Below, one piece after another: positions 1 to 9,318 of a DNA stretch of 64,000 nucleotides; the first letter of the stretch is position 1, and each line of letters starts with the position of its first letter. A model generated the notes under the pieces. It was given only the letters and a program-made list of their open reading frames with translations. It made no database searches and was not told the DNA's origin. Where the stretch lies: assembly GCA_965263085.1 (NCBI GenBank), contig OZ253582.1:349848-413847 (forward strand). Direction: 5' to 3'. The position numbers were made by a program, and so were the translations under genes. The stretch comes from Nitrospinales bacterium. Lineage in GTDB: Bacteria > Nitrospinota > Nitrospinia > Nitrospinales > VA-1.

Positions 1-1220
1 TCCTGAAGAATGCCATCACGCTTGATGGTTTGATAAATGGTTTCCGAACCCGGGGTGACCATCAAATTGGACTGGGCTTTAAGACCGACTGCTTTGGCCT
101 GGCGAACCAAGCTGACCGCACGGGTCATGTCTTCATAGCTGGAGTTGGTGCAGGAACCGATCAAAGCAGCAGAAAGTTTTTCCGGATAGTCTTTTTCATC
201 AACTTCTGCGCTCATTGCAGATATGGGCCGGCCAAGATCTGGTGTATGCGGGCCAACAATATGAGGCTCAAGGCTGGCCAGATCAATTTCATGGTACTCA
301 TCGTAATATTTTTCAGGATCCGCTTCGACGGAAGCATCAGATCGCAGATGTTCGGCGTACTGCTTACACAGATCAGCAATGGGTCCACGGTCAGTCGCAC
401 GCAGGTACGGATCCATCATGTCGTCATAACCGAAGATAGAGGTCGTAGCGCCAATTTCTGCACCCATATTGGTGATGGTGCCCTTGCCGGTGGCGCTCAT
501 GCTTCTGGCTCCTTCACCAAAATACTCGAGGATTTTTCCGGTCCCGCCCTTAACGGTAAGCATGGTAGCCACTTTGAGAATGACATCTTTCGATGCCGTC
601 CAGCCGTTCAGCTTCCCAGTTAATTTGATGCCTACCAATTTTGGCATTTTGGTCATGAAAGGCTGGTTGGTCATGACATCGACCGCATCTGCGCCACCCA
701 CGCCAATGGCGATGGTGCCCATGCCGCCAGCATTGGGAGTGTGAGAGTCCGTCCCAATCATCATGGTTCCAGGGCAAGCATAGTTCTCATAAACCACTTG
801 ATGAATGATTCCCGAGCCGGGCTTCCAGAATCCCATGCCATATTTCATCGCGGCCGAACGCAGAAAGTCGTACACTTCCTTATTGGTCTCTTCTGCCGCC
901 TTAAGGTCTGCCATAGCTCCTGTATAAGCCTGAATCAAATGATCACAGTGCACAGTAGTGGGTACAGCTACATTGGGCATTTTGGCAGAGATAAACTGAA
1001 GGATAGCCATCTGCGCAGTTGCGTCCTGCATGGCCACACGGTCAGGGTTAAGAAAAATATCGGAAACACCACGCTCTAGTTTAGAATAGTTGGTGTTAGG
1101 AGCCATATGGGTAAAAATGATTTTTTCAACAATGGTGAGATCCCGGCCCAGGTTTTTACGGGCGGCATCACAAATGCTTGCGTAGGACTTAAATAGCTTT
1201 TCAATCGGGGCAATTTCCAT
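1..1220 (-). CDS. aconitate hydratase, mitochondrial-type (N-terminal ~406 codons; rest lies left of the window)
   Basis: Absent from the ORF track because it runs off the window edge. My reverse-strand translation from the ATG (complement of 1218-1220) reads [10 protein letters not shown]...[16 protein letters not shown]...[10 protein letters not shown]...[12 protein letters not shown]...[12 protein letters not shown] with no stop down to position 1. HCDH, GTDSHT and GSCTNSS are aconitase-family Fe-S/substrate motifs. Confidence 0.85.
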   Translation of the reverse strand, partial: MEIAPIEKLFKSYASICDAARKNLGRDLTIVEKIIFTHMAPNTNYSKLERGVSDIFLNPDRVAMQDATAQMAILQFISAKMPNVAVPTTVHCDHLIQAYTGAMADLKAAEETNKEVYDFLRSAAMKYGMGFWKPGSGIIHQVVYENYACPGTMMIGTDSHTPNAGGMGTIAIGVGGADAVDVMTNQPFMTKMPKLVGIKLTGKLNGWTASKDVILKVATMLTVKGGTGKILEYFGEGARSMSATGKGTITNMGAEIGATTSIFGYDDMMDPYLRATDRGPIADLCKQYAEHLRSDASVEADPEKYYDEYHEIDLASLEPHIVGPHTPDLGRPISAMSAEVDEKDYPEKLSAALIGSCTNSSYEDMTRAVSLVRQAKAVGLKAQSNLMVTPGSETIYQTIKRDGILQ

Positions 1221-1447
1221 TAACATTAGACTTCACCTTAGTATTAATAGGGTTTCAAATAAAAGACCAGGCAAACAGGCCACCCAGCCAAAATTTCCTA
1301 CATATCAAGAACCGTTTTTCAAGGCACATATTCTGGCATGGATTAAAACGGATTTCAATTTTTTTCAAAACCACGTCCCGCAAGCGAATTATTAATAATA
1401 ATATAATTATTTATAGATTTAACTGGTAGTTCTTTACATTAAAGTTT

Positions 1448-2209
1448 ATGTCCTCAGTTTTCGACTCACAAGCTTTTAACGCAAATTTGTTTTTCCCTCG
1501 GCAGGACACTGCTCCTGCACCTGGAAGTTCCGATGATATTCAAGTGCAGGTAGAACCGGGAATAACGGTTCATGCTCGTCGATATCTATCACCCGAAGCC
1601 CGCTTCAGTTTGCTGTTCTTTCACGGCAATGGAGAAATTGTATCGGACTACGATAATCTGGCCGAGTATTTCAATGCCTTGGGAGCAGAATTGGTCGTTG
1701 TCGATTTTCGTGGCTATGGTAGGAGTACCGGATTCCCTACTCTAAAAAATTCACTGGAAGATGCCCATAAAGTTTTTGAGCAACTGAAATCAACCAGCAA
1801 GTTTAAGGAAAAGGTCTGTATCATGGGCCGGTCTATAGGTAGCGCGCCAACGCTCGAACTCTGTGCCAGACGTTCAGATATAGCCGGTTGCGTTCTCGAA
1901 AGTGGTTATGCCGATCCGATTCCTCTGGTGGAACGACGTGGATTGAAAATTGACAAAACCACACCTGAGGAAGATGCTCTTTTTAATAACAGCGAGAAGA
2001 TCCGGTTGGTGAAGTGTCCGCTTCTCATCATGCATGGGGCCGACGATTTTTTAATCGCTCCGCATGAAGCCAAATTGAACTACGATAATGCTGGGTCTAA
2101 AGTGAAACATCTGGAGATTCTGGAAGGGGTAGGGCATAACGATATGATGATGTCGGGTTCTTATTTCACCAGCTTAAAGCGGTTTTTTGATTCATGGAGT
2201 TCAATGTGA
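1448..2209 (+). CDS. alpha/beta hydrolase (BEM46/ABHD13-like short serine hydrolase)
   Basis: 253-aa ORF with FFHGNGE, a GRSIGS nucleophile elbow (GxSxG), and late HGADD and GVGHND. The 3' end overlaps the next ORF by 16 nt. Confidence 0.75.
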   Translation: MSSVFDSQAFNANLFFPRQDTAPAPGSSDDIQVQVEPGITVHARRYLSPEARFSLLFFHGNGEIVSDYDNLAEYFNALGAELVVVDFRGYGRSTGFPTLKNSLEDAHKVFEQLKSTSKFKEKVCIMGRSIGSAPTLELCARRSDIAGCVLESGYADPIPLVERRGLKIDKTTPEEDALFNNSEKIRLVKCPLLIMHGADDFLIAPHEAKLNYDNAGSKVKHLEILEGVGHNDMMMSGSYFTSLKRFFDSWSSM

Positions 2210-3399
2210 AAAAATATTACAACATCGAGGGAATGATCCGTAACGGATTCAAATTGAGCCGCGACTATGAAACACTCGATTTCAGTTATGCCAGATTCGG
2301 CGATGACGCGGTGCAGGCGCTGGCCAAATCTCGATCCATCAAACAGGTGCGAAGGTTAACCATCAGCGGGAAAAAACTGACTGCGCTTTCGGCCCGGGCA
2401 CTGGCGGAGTCCGAGGGTCTGCCTAGTCTGGAATCTCTCAAACTGTATAAAAATAAAATCGGCGATGAGGGCATGAAATATTTTGCTGAATCCGAGAAAC
2501 TGCCCAGTCTCAAATCTTTTCGACTAGCGTGGAATGAAATTGGACCCGAAGGGGCAAAATATCTGGCTGAGTCAACCCACATGGAAAATCTAACTTCCCT
2601 GTCATTGTCGGAAAACCGCCTCGGAGATGAGGGTTTAAAATATCTGGCCGAATCCAAGTCCTTAAATAATCTGGAGATCATGGATCTCAGGAATAACCAG
2701 ATCACCGATGAGGGTGCCAAGGCGCTGGCCAAAAGTAAATACCTGCCAAAATTGCAGACGATAGACCTTTCTGGTAATGCATTAACGCAGGAAGGACTAA
2801 ACGCTTTAGCCGAATTTAAAATTTTCAACCTCATCCGCGCCCGGCTTGGTGAAGACGGTACCAAGTTGGACCTCAGCAACCTGAATATCGGCGACGTGGA
2901 GTGCAAATGTGTTGCTGAATGTGAAGAACTGAAAAATCTGACCCACCTTTATCTGGAACTGAATAAAATCACCCAAAAAGGTATGGCACTTCTTGCCGGT
3001 AGCGAATATTTAAAAAACCTGACTTTGCTGACCCTCGACCGCAACAAAATCGGTGATGAGGGATTCATTCACATTATTAAATCAGAGTTCTTGCAGAATC
3101 TTCAGGTCCTGATGGTTGAAAATAACGGTATCACCGATAAAGGCATCAAAGCCCTCTGCGAGGAAGAGTGCATGAGAAATCTGCTTCGACTTTATATCGA
3201 GGAAAACGATACCACTGAAGAGGGTTTTGATCTACTGGCTGAACCTGAACATCTACAGCAACTCGAATATCCGGAATTTGAGCGCGAAGAAGAATTAGAA
3301 GAAGAGGAAAAGGACGAAGAAGAATTCGAAGATGTCGAAGACATCGAAGAAATCGAGGAAGAAGAAGACCTCGACGAAACCGAATACGAGAGCCAGTAG
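2194..3399 (+). CDS. leucine-rich repeat protein, ribonuclease-inhibitor (RNI)-like, with poly-acidic C-terminal tail
   Basis: 401-aa ORF with about 28-residue repeats of the form LxxLxLxxNxIGDEGxKyLAES. The last ~45 residues are almost purely Glu/Asp (EEELEEEEKDEEEFEDVEDIEEIEEEEDLDETEYESQ). Confidence 0.8.
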   Translation: MEFNVKKYYNIEGMIRNGFKLSRDYETLDFSYARFGDDAVQALAKSRSIKQVRRLTISGKKLTALSARALAESEGLPSLESLKLYKNKIGDEGMKYFAESEKLPSLKSFRLAWNEIGPEGAKYLAESTHMENLTSLSLSENRLGDEGLKYLAESKSLNNLEIMDLRNNQITDEGAKALAKSKYLPKLQTIDLSGNALTQEGLNALAEFKIFNLIRARLGEDGTKLDLSNLNIGDVECKCVAECEELKNLTHLYLELNKITQKGMALLAGSEYLKNLTLLTLDRNKIGDEGFIHIIKSEFLQNLQVLMVENNGITDKGIKALCEEECMRNLLRLYIEENDTTEEGFDLLAEPEHLQQLEYPEFEREEELEEEEKDEEEFEDVEDIEEIEEEEDLDETEYESQ

Positions 3400-3418
3400 C
3401 CGACGCAGAACCTCCTGC

Positions 3419-3964
3419 CTACCAGGAAGTGCGCCAGAGTTCCTGGGACGCCTTCATTTTGAAGACTTCGTTGATCTTCTCGGTAAAGTTTTTATCGGTG
3501 AAGGTTTTGGTATATTCGTCGCCGGAGGTTCGGTAAGGGTTCCACGACAGAACCAGGCGTTCGATGAACATTTCTTCTAATGAAACGTGGGTGATCTTTT
3601 TGATGATGTTGGTTTCTGAATCCACCAGAATCGCTACCATATTATGCTCATCTTTTGCATAAAGAGCTTCGATGAACCCAGGTGTTTCTTTTTCCTGCTG
3701 AGCCGGATTACACGGGGTCTCCAGCAACCAGTCTTCGCCCCCGATAGCAAAAATAGGAATAGAGGGAAACTCCGATTCCACCACTAGTTTGGCTTTCCAT
3801 TCTCCATCGAAGGCCTTGATTTGTGCCTCAGAAGGGTGGGGCACTGCGGCGATCAGGAGCATGTCGCCATTGGGAGAAAAGGAAAGCCCGCCACCATGAC
3901 CAGCGATAGGTAAGGGGCAAGGCTGGCCTTCCTGAAAACTTATAGTCTGATCCATTTCATTCAT
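3419..3964 (-). CDS. hypothetical protein
   Basis: 181-aa ORF that fits cleanly between its neighbours. I recognise no motif. Confidence 0.5.
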   Translation of the reverse strand: MNEMDQTISFQEGQPCPLPIAGHGGGLSFSPNGDMLLIAAVPHPSEAQIKAFDGEWKAKLVVESEFPSIPIFAIGGEDWLLETPCNPAQQEKETPGFIEALYAKDEHNMVAILVDSETNIIKKITHVSLEEMFIERLVLSWNPYRTSGDEYTKTFTDKNFTEKINEVFKMKASQELWRTSW

Positions 3965-4147
3965 GGCAATATTCGATATCAGGGTTGAAAAAGCTTATTT
4001 TGTTGGAGTTGAAAGCTGTTGTCAAGTTCACTGAGTTATGATGCATTGAGAATAAAAAAGGTTCAACCTCTCTCCATTCATTAAACCAGTTGAGTTCTCG
4101 TGCCGGTTCAGTTAGTCTTACCGGTTTAAATCCTTTTACAAAGACTC

Positions 4148-5536
4148 ATGATTGCGACCTTGATTTCCCACGCCTGCCTGCTGATCCAGTCGCGTGATAC
4201 CACGGTACTGACAGACCCTGTGTTTTTTGATTACCTGTGGGAAGAATGCAATGTCCAATGCCCGAGCATAGATCTGGATCAAGCCAAGCTCCCGAAGGTC
4301 GATATTTTAAATATCTCGCATCGGCATCAGGATCATTTCGATATCCGCACCCTGGCTTATCTGGCTGGGGACACGGGTATTCTGGCCTCGGATGCCGTGG
4401 TGCTGGCCCCGCGTGACGAGATTCTGCTTGAAGTTCTGGAGGAACTGGAATTTAAAAACGTGATCGTGGTGGAAGACTTCAAAGCTCTGGAGATCAAGGG
4501 ATTGACACTGACGCCCACACCTTCATTGAACGAGCAGGATTATTTCCCGGAACACGGTCTTTTGGTTCATGACGGAGAAGTGACACTGTGGAATCAGGTT
4601 GATACGATTGTGTCGATGGATATCATCAAGTACATGCACCGCTTATACGGGCAGTTGGATTTTGCACACGTTCGCTACCTGCCCCTTCTGGAAGGGAACT
4701 TCTCGTTTCATAATCCATTGGAATTGCCGATGGAGGAATATAGTTCTTTTCTTAAAGTGGCTACTGCCTGCCGGCCGAAGTTTGCGGTTCCCGGTTCTGC
4801 TGGATTCAAATACCGCGACGAGTTCGGGTTTCTCAATCAATATTCTTTCCCCACTACACAGGAACAGTTTTTAAGAGATCTGGAGGATTTTTGTCCGGAT
4901 ATCAAGAGCAGTATGTTTTATCCTGGCGACCAGGCTGTCATTACTAAAGAAGGAGTAAAAATTCAAAAAGCCTCTTCAGACTTTGTGAAAATTAAAGTGA
5001 ACGATGCGCATAAGTTGGAATTCAAACCCGTGGCAGAGGTGCCGCCTATTCGCACCCGCACTGAGGATAAAGCTGAGCACGAAAAACAGTGGCAGGAGGT
5101 GGTTGGTTTTATCGAAAACGAGTTTGTCGGACTTCTAATTAAGAAAAAAGCTGTACAAAGCTGGGTAGACTGGAAGGTGGCTTATCAACTTGAAGTGTTC
5201 GGTCAGGATGGATCGGAAATATGGTGTCTCGATTTTGCTGGAGAGGATGCGGATATCATCAAGGGGCGTATTGGAAAAATTAACCTCTACGAAGGCATCG
5301 CATGCTCTGAACTCTATAGCCTGATTAAAAATGAAACCAGTTGGGACTACGTTGGCATCAACGGGCAGTATCGTACATTTAAGGATATCTATCGGGTTCG
5401 GGTGGGAGAGTTCGAGCATTGGCCCAAGGAGGACAAAAAATTCCCTCAGCCATTGACCGAAACGTTTCCTGCGGGAAAAGAGATGGACCGCGCAAAATTT
5501 CTGCGCGATGTGAAACGTTGGAAAGGAAGCACTTAA
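4148..5536 (+). CDS. MBL-fold metallo-hydrolase domain protein with unrecognised C-terminal half
   Basis: 462-aa ORF. ISHRHQDHFD contains the HxHxDH zinc motif of the metallo-beta-lactamase fold. Confidence 0.65.
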   Translation: MIATLISHACLLIQSRDTTVLTDPVFFDYLWEECNVQCPSIDLDQAKLPKVDILNISHRHQDHFDIRTLAYLAGDTGILASDAVVLAPRDEILLEVLEELEFKNVIVVEDFKALEIKGLTLTPTPSLNEQDYFPEHGLLVHDGEVTLWNQVDTIVSMDIIKYMHRLYGQLDFAHVRYLPLLEGNFSFHNPLELPMEEYSSFLKVATACRPKFAVPGSAGFKYRDEFGFLNQYSFPTTQEQFLRDLEDFCPDIKSSMFYPGDQAVITKEGVKIQKASSDFVKIKVNDAHKLEFKPVAEVPPIRTRTEDKAEHEKQWQEVVGFIENEFVGLLIKKKAVQSWVDWKVAYQLEVFGQDGSEIWCLDFAGEDADIIKGRIGKINLYEGIACSELYSLIKNETSWDYVGINGQYRTFKDIYRVRVGEFEHWPKEDKKFPQPLTETFPAGKEMDRAKFLRDVKRWKGST

Positions 5537-5555
5537 ACCCAGTTTAGAATAGCCA

Positions 5556-5584
5556 TTGACAGTGTGCGGACCAGGGAGTAAAAT
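5556..5584 (+). promoter_or_regulatory. sigma70-type promoter candidate for the tRNA gene
   Basis: TTGACA (5556-5561), a 17-nt spacer, then TAAAAT (5579-5584). The site lies 40 nt upstream of the tRNA 5' end. Confidence 0.5.
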
Positions 5585-5624
5585 CCTAATCTTCTAAATA
5601 ACAAGTAGTTATAAAAATTAGCGT

Positions 5625-5701
5625 GGCGGTGTAGCTCAGGTGGTTAGAGCATACGGCTCATATCCGTAGTGTCGGGGGTTCAACTCCCTCCACCGCTACC
5701 A
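5625..5701 (+). tRNA. tRNA with CAU anticodon (elongator Met or lysidine-type Ile2; not initiator)
   Basis: 77 nt folded by hand. Acceptor GGCGGTG/CACCGCT (G1-U72 wobble); anticodon stem TACGG/CCGTA with loop CTCATAT; T-arm GGGGG-TTCAACT-CCCTC; encoded CCA. It lacks the GGG/CCC anticodon stem of initiator tRNA. Confidence 0.85.
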
Positions 5702-5805
5702 TTTTTATAATCCCAGTATTTCTTTTTTCTATTCTAACAGACAATTACCCACCTCTTTTTATAGTTTCTAGAATAGGAGCTACTCCCACTCGTAAAACAT
5801 TATCC

Positions 5806-6183
5806 TTATTTAATAATTTGTTTTACCTTATTTCTTGCCATTTCCTGTGCTTTTTTTATTTGTTGTAGAGACATTTTCTTTTCTACTATGTTTCTGTCTT
5901 CCGCGCCATGTGGATCTCCATTATAATCAGCCAGACTGAACCACATATGCGCTAACGCATAATCCTGTGGAACTCCTTGCCCTTTTTCATACATCAAACC
6001 CAAGCTGGATTGTGCTGATGCATTTCCCTGTTCTGCTAATGGTAACCACAACCTGAATGCTTCTTTGTAGTCTTTCCTTATTAAGTACGCTTCCAATCCA
6101 TCTTCGAAGTCATCCCCATAAACAGAACCACTAAACAAAAATAGAACAGTGAGTGGTAGTAAAAATGTGAGTGCTTTATTCAT
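5806..6183 (-). CDS. Sel1-repeat (SLR) protein with N-terminal signal-like segment
   Basis: 125-aa ORF with a hydrophobic N-terminus (LTFLLPLTVLFLFSGSVYG) followed by a Sel1 signature (AEQGNASAQSSLGLMYEKGQGVPQDYALAHMWFSLA). Confidence 0.75.
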   Translation of the reverse strand: MNKALTFLLPLTVLFLFSGSVYGDDFEDGLEAYLIRKDYKEAFRLWLPLAEQGNASAQSSLGLMYEKGQGVPQDYALAHMWFSLADYNGDPHGAEDRNIVEKKMSLQQIKKAQEMARNKVKQIIK

Positions 6184-6352
6184 TTTTCGAGTCCCCAGTT
6201 TCTTGCCAGTCTTTGTGCTTTTTCTACTTGTTCTGGAGTCATTTTTTCTTCTAATCTGTTTCTATCACCAGAATAATCAGCGACTATATCACATATGCGC
6301 TAATACATAATCCCGTAAAACTCCTTCTCCGTCTTCATAATGAACGGGCTGG
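6180..6352 (-). pseudogene. decayed Sel1-repeat gene remnant, tandem to the intact copy
   Basis: DNA at 6199-6345 is a recognisable diverged copy of the 3' half of the adjacent gene (compare 5828-5995), with a deletion of about 17 nt. Translation gives VHYEDGEGVLRDYVLAHM*. After a frame change it gives IVADYSGDRNRLEEKMTPEQVEKAQRLARNWGLEK*, whose TGA overlaps the ATG of the intact gene (ATGA). No start codon or N-terminal part remains. Confidence 0.55.
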
Positions 6353-6378
6353 ACAATGTCAGGAGATTAGGTTAAATT

Positions 6379-6397
6379 AATGAGAGTCGTTCTCATT
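6379..6397. promoter_or_regulatory. 19-bp perfect inverted repeat, candidate operator upstream of the Bfd-like gene
   Basis: AATGAGA-gtcgt-TCTCATT with AT-rich TTAAA/TTTAA extensions, about 25 nt upstream of the ATG at 6423. Confidence 0.3.
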
Positions 6398-6422
6398 TTA
6401 AGGGCTTTATAGCTTTAAGTTT

Positions 6423-6710
6423 ATGAACCTTCCTCCCACTATTGAAATCGACGAGGTCATCTGCCAATGCTTTCAGGTGACTGAGAGCGCAATCCGTAAT
6501 GCCATTGCTAAAGACAAATTAAAAGATGTCGATTCTGTCACGATAGCTTGCGAGGCCGGTGGAGGATGTCATTCCTGCCATATTCTCATTCAGCTCTTCA
6601 TCGATCAGCATCAGGAAAAAGCCACGAGCATGGAGGACCTGATTCACGATCATGCGCAGAAGGTGAAAAAGAAAGGCATTCTGAGCCACTTCTTCAAGAG
6701 ATTCCAGTGA
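6423..6710 (+). CDS. BFD-like [2Fe-2S]-binding domain protein (bacterioferritin-associated-ferredoxin-like)
   Basis: 95-aa ORF with the Cys pattern CQC ... CEAGGGCHSC (CxC...Cx5CxxC) and the surrounding VTESAIRNAI helix typical of BFD-like domains. Confidence 0.6.
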   Translation: MNLPPTIEIDEVICQCFQVTESAIRNAIAKDKLKDVDSVTIACEAGGGCHSCHILIQLFIDQHQEKATSMEDLIHDHAQKVKKKGILSHFFKRFQ

Positions 6711-6881
6711 ATTGTCAGGCGTAACACAAAATATAGTTTCCTACCGCGCAACTTTCGGACCCTGCTTAATTATTCTTTCCAAACCCTGATCCTTTTGATA
6801 ATTTGAATTCAAAGATTGCTACTAATAACCTTCAACCTCAAAAGGACTTATTTTGAAGCTTCCTTCAAAAAATAAACGACA

Positions 6882-8066
6882 GTGAAATCCTTCCGTATTG
6901 CTTACTTTGATTGTTATTCCGGTATCAGCGGTGACATGATTCTGGGGGCCTTGATCGATCTGGGGGTCGATCCCGGAAAAATCCGCAAGGCTCTTAAAAC
7001 CATCGACCTCAAAGGGTATAAGCTGAAAAGTAGCCAGGTTCAGCGCGGCTCCATCTCTGGCACCAAGGCTCAAGTCAGCGTAGACAAATCTTTCCACCCG
7101 AAGGTCCGGAAATATTCTGATATTAAAAAACTGTTGGCCAACTCGGACCTGTCTTCGACCAGCAAAAAAAATGCTCAGGAAATCTTTAAGCGTATTGCCA
7201 TGGTGGAAGCCGCGGTTCACAACACAACCATAGAAAAAATTCATTTTCATGAAGTCGGAGCCGTCGATTCGATCGTCGATATTGTGGGGGGTGTCGTCGC
7301 TATTGAATCTTTAAAGCTCGACAGGATCTATGCATCTCCCTTGAATACAGGTGAAGGGTTTGTTCAATCTGCCCATGGTTGCCTGCCTGTTCCTGCTCCT
7401 GCCACATTGAAACTCCTGAAAGGGATTCCCATTTTTTCCAGCGGAGTTAAAAAAGAGCTGACCACCCCAACGGGTGCGGCCATGATCGGTTTTTATTGCA
7501 ACCGTTTTGGTTCTCTTCCCACAATGAAAATTATCGACGATGGATATGGGGCAGGGGACCACATCATCTCCGAAATGCCTAATATGCTCCGAGTGATCCT
7601 GGGAGAGATTCAGAATGAGCCGAGGGAAGAACTTATAGTGATCGAAACCAATATTGACGATATGAACCCGGAATTTTATGAAGGGACTATGGACTCGTTA
7701 TTTAAGGCAGGCGCTCTGGATGTTTATTTGAATCTCATTATTATGAAAAAAAGTCGTCCTGCCACCAAAATTTCTATTCTCTCGACCGAGAGTGACAGGC
7801 AGGCATTGACTGAAATCCTCCTTCGGGAAACATCCAGTTTTGGAGTCCGTTATTATAAAGTTGGAAGGACGGTTTTGGAGCGTGAAATGAAAACCGTGAA
7901 GACCACATGGGGATCGATTAAAATAAAGATCGGGAAATTAAATGGAGAAGCAATTCAAGCCTCTCCCGAGTATGAAGATTGCAGGAAGCTCTCTATCAAG
8001 AAGAAAGTATCTGTTAAGGCTATCTATGATGAAGCCCATTCCCAAGCGATAAAACTGATTAGTTGA
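6882..8066 (+). CDS. larC: nickel-pincer cofactor biosynthesis protein LarC (DUF111/UPF0272 family)
   Basis: 394-aa ORF. The N-terminus IAYFDCYSGISGDMILGALIDLGV is the family hallmark, and length and layout fit. Confidence 0.8.
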   Translation: MKSFRIAYFDCYSGISGDMILGALIDLGVDPGKIRKALKTIDLKGYKLKSSQVQRGSISGTKAQVSVDKSFHPKVRKYSDIKKLLANSDLSSTSKKNAQEIFKRIAMVEAAVHNTTIEKIHFHEVGAVDSIVDIVGGVVAIESLKLDRIYASPLNTGEGFVQSAHGCLPVPAPATLKLLKGIPIFSSGVKKELTTPTGAAMIGFYCNRFGSLPTMKIIDDGYGAGDHIISEMPNMLRVILGEIQNEPREELIVIETNIDDMNPEFYEGTMDSLFKAGALDVYLNLIIMKKSRPATKISILSTESDRQALTEILLRETSSFGVRYYKVGRTVLEREMKTVKTTWGSIKIKIGKLNGEAIQASPEYEDCRKLSIKKKVSVKAIYDEAHSQAIKLIS

Positions 8067-8183
8067 TCGCCTTTTTCTAAAAAGACATACGATACCCAGG
8101 ACTCCGGTGGGAGTATATAGGCCCTAACGGTAAAGTGGTTAAGGTAGAACTTGAGCGGAACTTTGAGAGTGTCGGGATGAAAC

Positions 8184-8459
8184 TCACTGGCCTTGTTTGT
8201 TCATGTATTCATCAAAGTGTTTCTGATACATGATCCCCCACTCTGTTGAACCTTCACGAGGCCCGTTGCTGTAGGTGTTTAATATTCGGCGGGCTTCTGC
8301 ATCGGCCTTATCATCAATTTGCAGAATGTCGGTCATCACTTTGGTGATATCCAAACGGATGTCATTGAGTTCGACTTTATAATCCAACTCATCACGTTTG
8401 GCAAAATCGCGGATGATGAGACTGCTGATATGGTTGATTTTTTCTCGGCTGATTCTCAT
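8184..8459 (-). CDS. DUF507-like small protein (paralog B)
   Basis: The track ORF is 8184-8483. I prefer the start MRISREKINHISSLII (ATG complement of 8457-8459), 1 nt after the upstream stop. The C-terminal PREGSTEWGIMYQKHFDEY resembles my recollection of DUF507. Confidence 0.55.
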   Translation of the reverse strand: MRISREKINHISSLIIRDFAKRDELDYKVELNDIRLDITKVMTDILQIDDKADAEARRILNTYSNGPREGSTEWGIMYQKHFDEYMNKQGQ

Positions 8460-8460
8460 A

Positions 8461-8742
8461 TTAAAGAATAAGCCCTCGTTCACGCACTAATTTTGATTTC
8501 ACCATCTGGAACACCCGCCCGTAATCCATCATATTTCTTTCATACTCCTCGGTTTTGGAATCAAGCAAAGTTTTTACTTCTTCGTTGAGCTGGTCTTCAA
8601 CCATGAGATCTTCAGTAATAATTTTATTGATGATCGACTGAAGCTTTTCAGGTGGCTCTTCCCAGACAATCATATCTTTGTCGAGCAAGGATTTGATAAT
8701 TTTTTTAGCGAGAAGTTCAATAAGTTCTTTAGGAATACGCAT
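8461..8742 (-). CDS. DUF507-like small protein (paralog A)
   Basis: 93-aa ORF. It shares MRIxxExI... and an acidic central pattern with the downstream paralog. Confidence 0.5.
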   Translation of the reverse strand: MRIPKELIELLAKKIIKSLLDKDMIVWEEPPEKLQSIINKIITEDLMVEDQLNEEVKTLLDSKTEEYERNMMDYGRVFQMVKSKLVRERGLIL

Positions 8743-8776
8743 GGTCTAACCATTATTTTAATTTCATTAATTAAAA

Positions 8777-8849
8777 AGCGGGAGACGGGGTTCGAACCCG
8801 CGACATTCAGCTTGGGAAGCTGACACTCTACCAACTGAGCTACCCCCGC
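8777..8849 (-). tRNA. tRNA-Gly (CCC)
   Basis: The reverse complement is GCGGGGGTAGCTCAGTTGGTAGAGTGTCAGCTTCCCAAGCTGAATGTCGCGGGTTCGAACCCCGTCTCCCGCT. Anticodon stem TCAGC/GCTGA with loop TTCCCAA; T-arm GCGGG-TTCGAAC-CCCGT. No CCA is encoded. Confidence 0.9.
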
Positions 8850-8857
8850 CTGATCGA

Positions 8858-9046
8858 TCAATCAGAGCCTTTTTCACCCAGAATTAAAAAACAGTTTGTA
8901 TCAGTCACTTGTATGTCTATGATTGGAATTCTCTGCTGGTGCAACTCATGAATGACCTTGTTCACCATGGCATCTATTGCCGCAGCACCTTCTTCGGCAA
9001 TATCAAGGACTCTGATACCTGTGACAATTTGGTTGTTAAGGGACAT
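8858..9046 (-). CDS. hypothetical small protein
   Basis: 62-aa ORF immediately upstream of tRNA-Gly on the same strand. No motif recognised. Confidence 0.3.
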   Translation of the reverse strand: MSLNNQIVTGIRVLDIAEEGAAAIDAMVNKVIHELHQQRIPIIDIQVTDTNCFLILGEKGSD

Positions 9047-9318
9047 TTAATTAAAAGTCGACCCGGCTATCTGCCTGTCTATAGACCATTTCTCCTTGAA
9101 TTTAAAGGGGAAACAAGTTTTATGGTGTGACTAAATTTTCAGGCATTATCCACTATTTACCTTTTGTAATCAATACTAATTAGATGAGGGAGCGCGTAAA
9201 AACAGCAAGTAATAGACTATATTGCGGTTTTGAGGTTTTTGTTTGAGAAAGGTTATTGAATTTATTCCACCAATTGAGTAAGATAAAAAACTAAAATAAC
9301 TCGTGAAAACACAAAAAG

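Noticed and set aside
30-1079. Plus-strand and alternative-frame ORFs at 30-623, 215-439, 469-744, 550-777 and 741-1079.
   Set aside because: All lie within, or antisense to, the strongly supported aconitase reading frame on the minus strand. Their sequences are low-complexity with no motifs.
2286-2906. 206-aa minus-strand ORF antisense to the LRR gene, and similar antisense ORFs within larC (6822-7250), glyA, hemA, hemC, macA and others.
   Set aside because: These are shadow ORFs opposite well-supported genes, with no independent signal.
8670-8861. 63-aa minus-strand ORF (..GVAQLVECQLPKLNVAGSNPVSRF..).
   Set aside because: It is the translation of tRNA-Gly (8777-8849) plus flanking sequence, not a protein gene.
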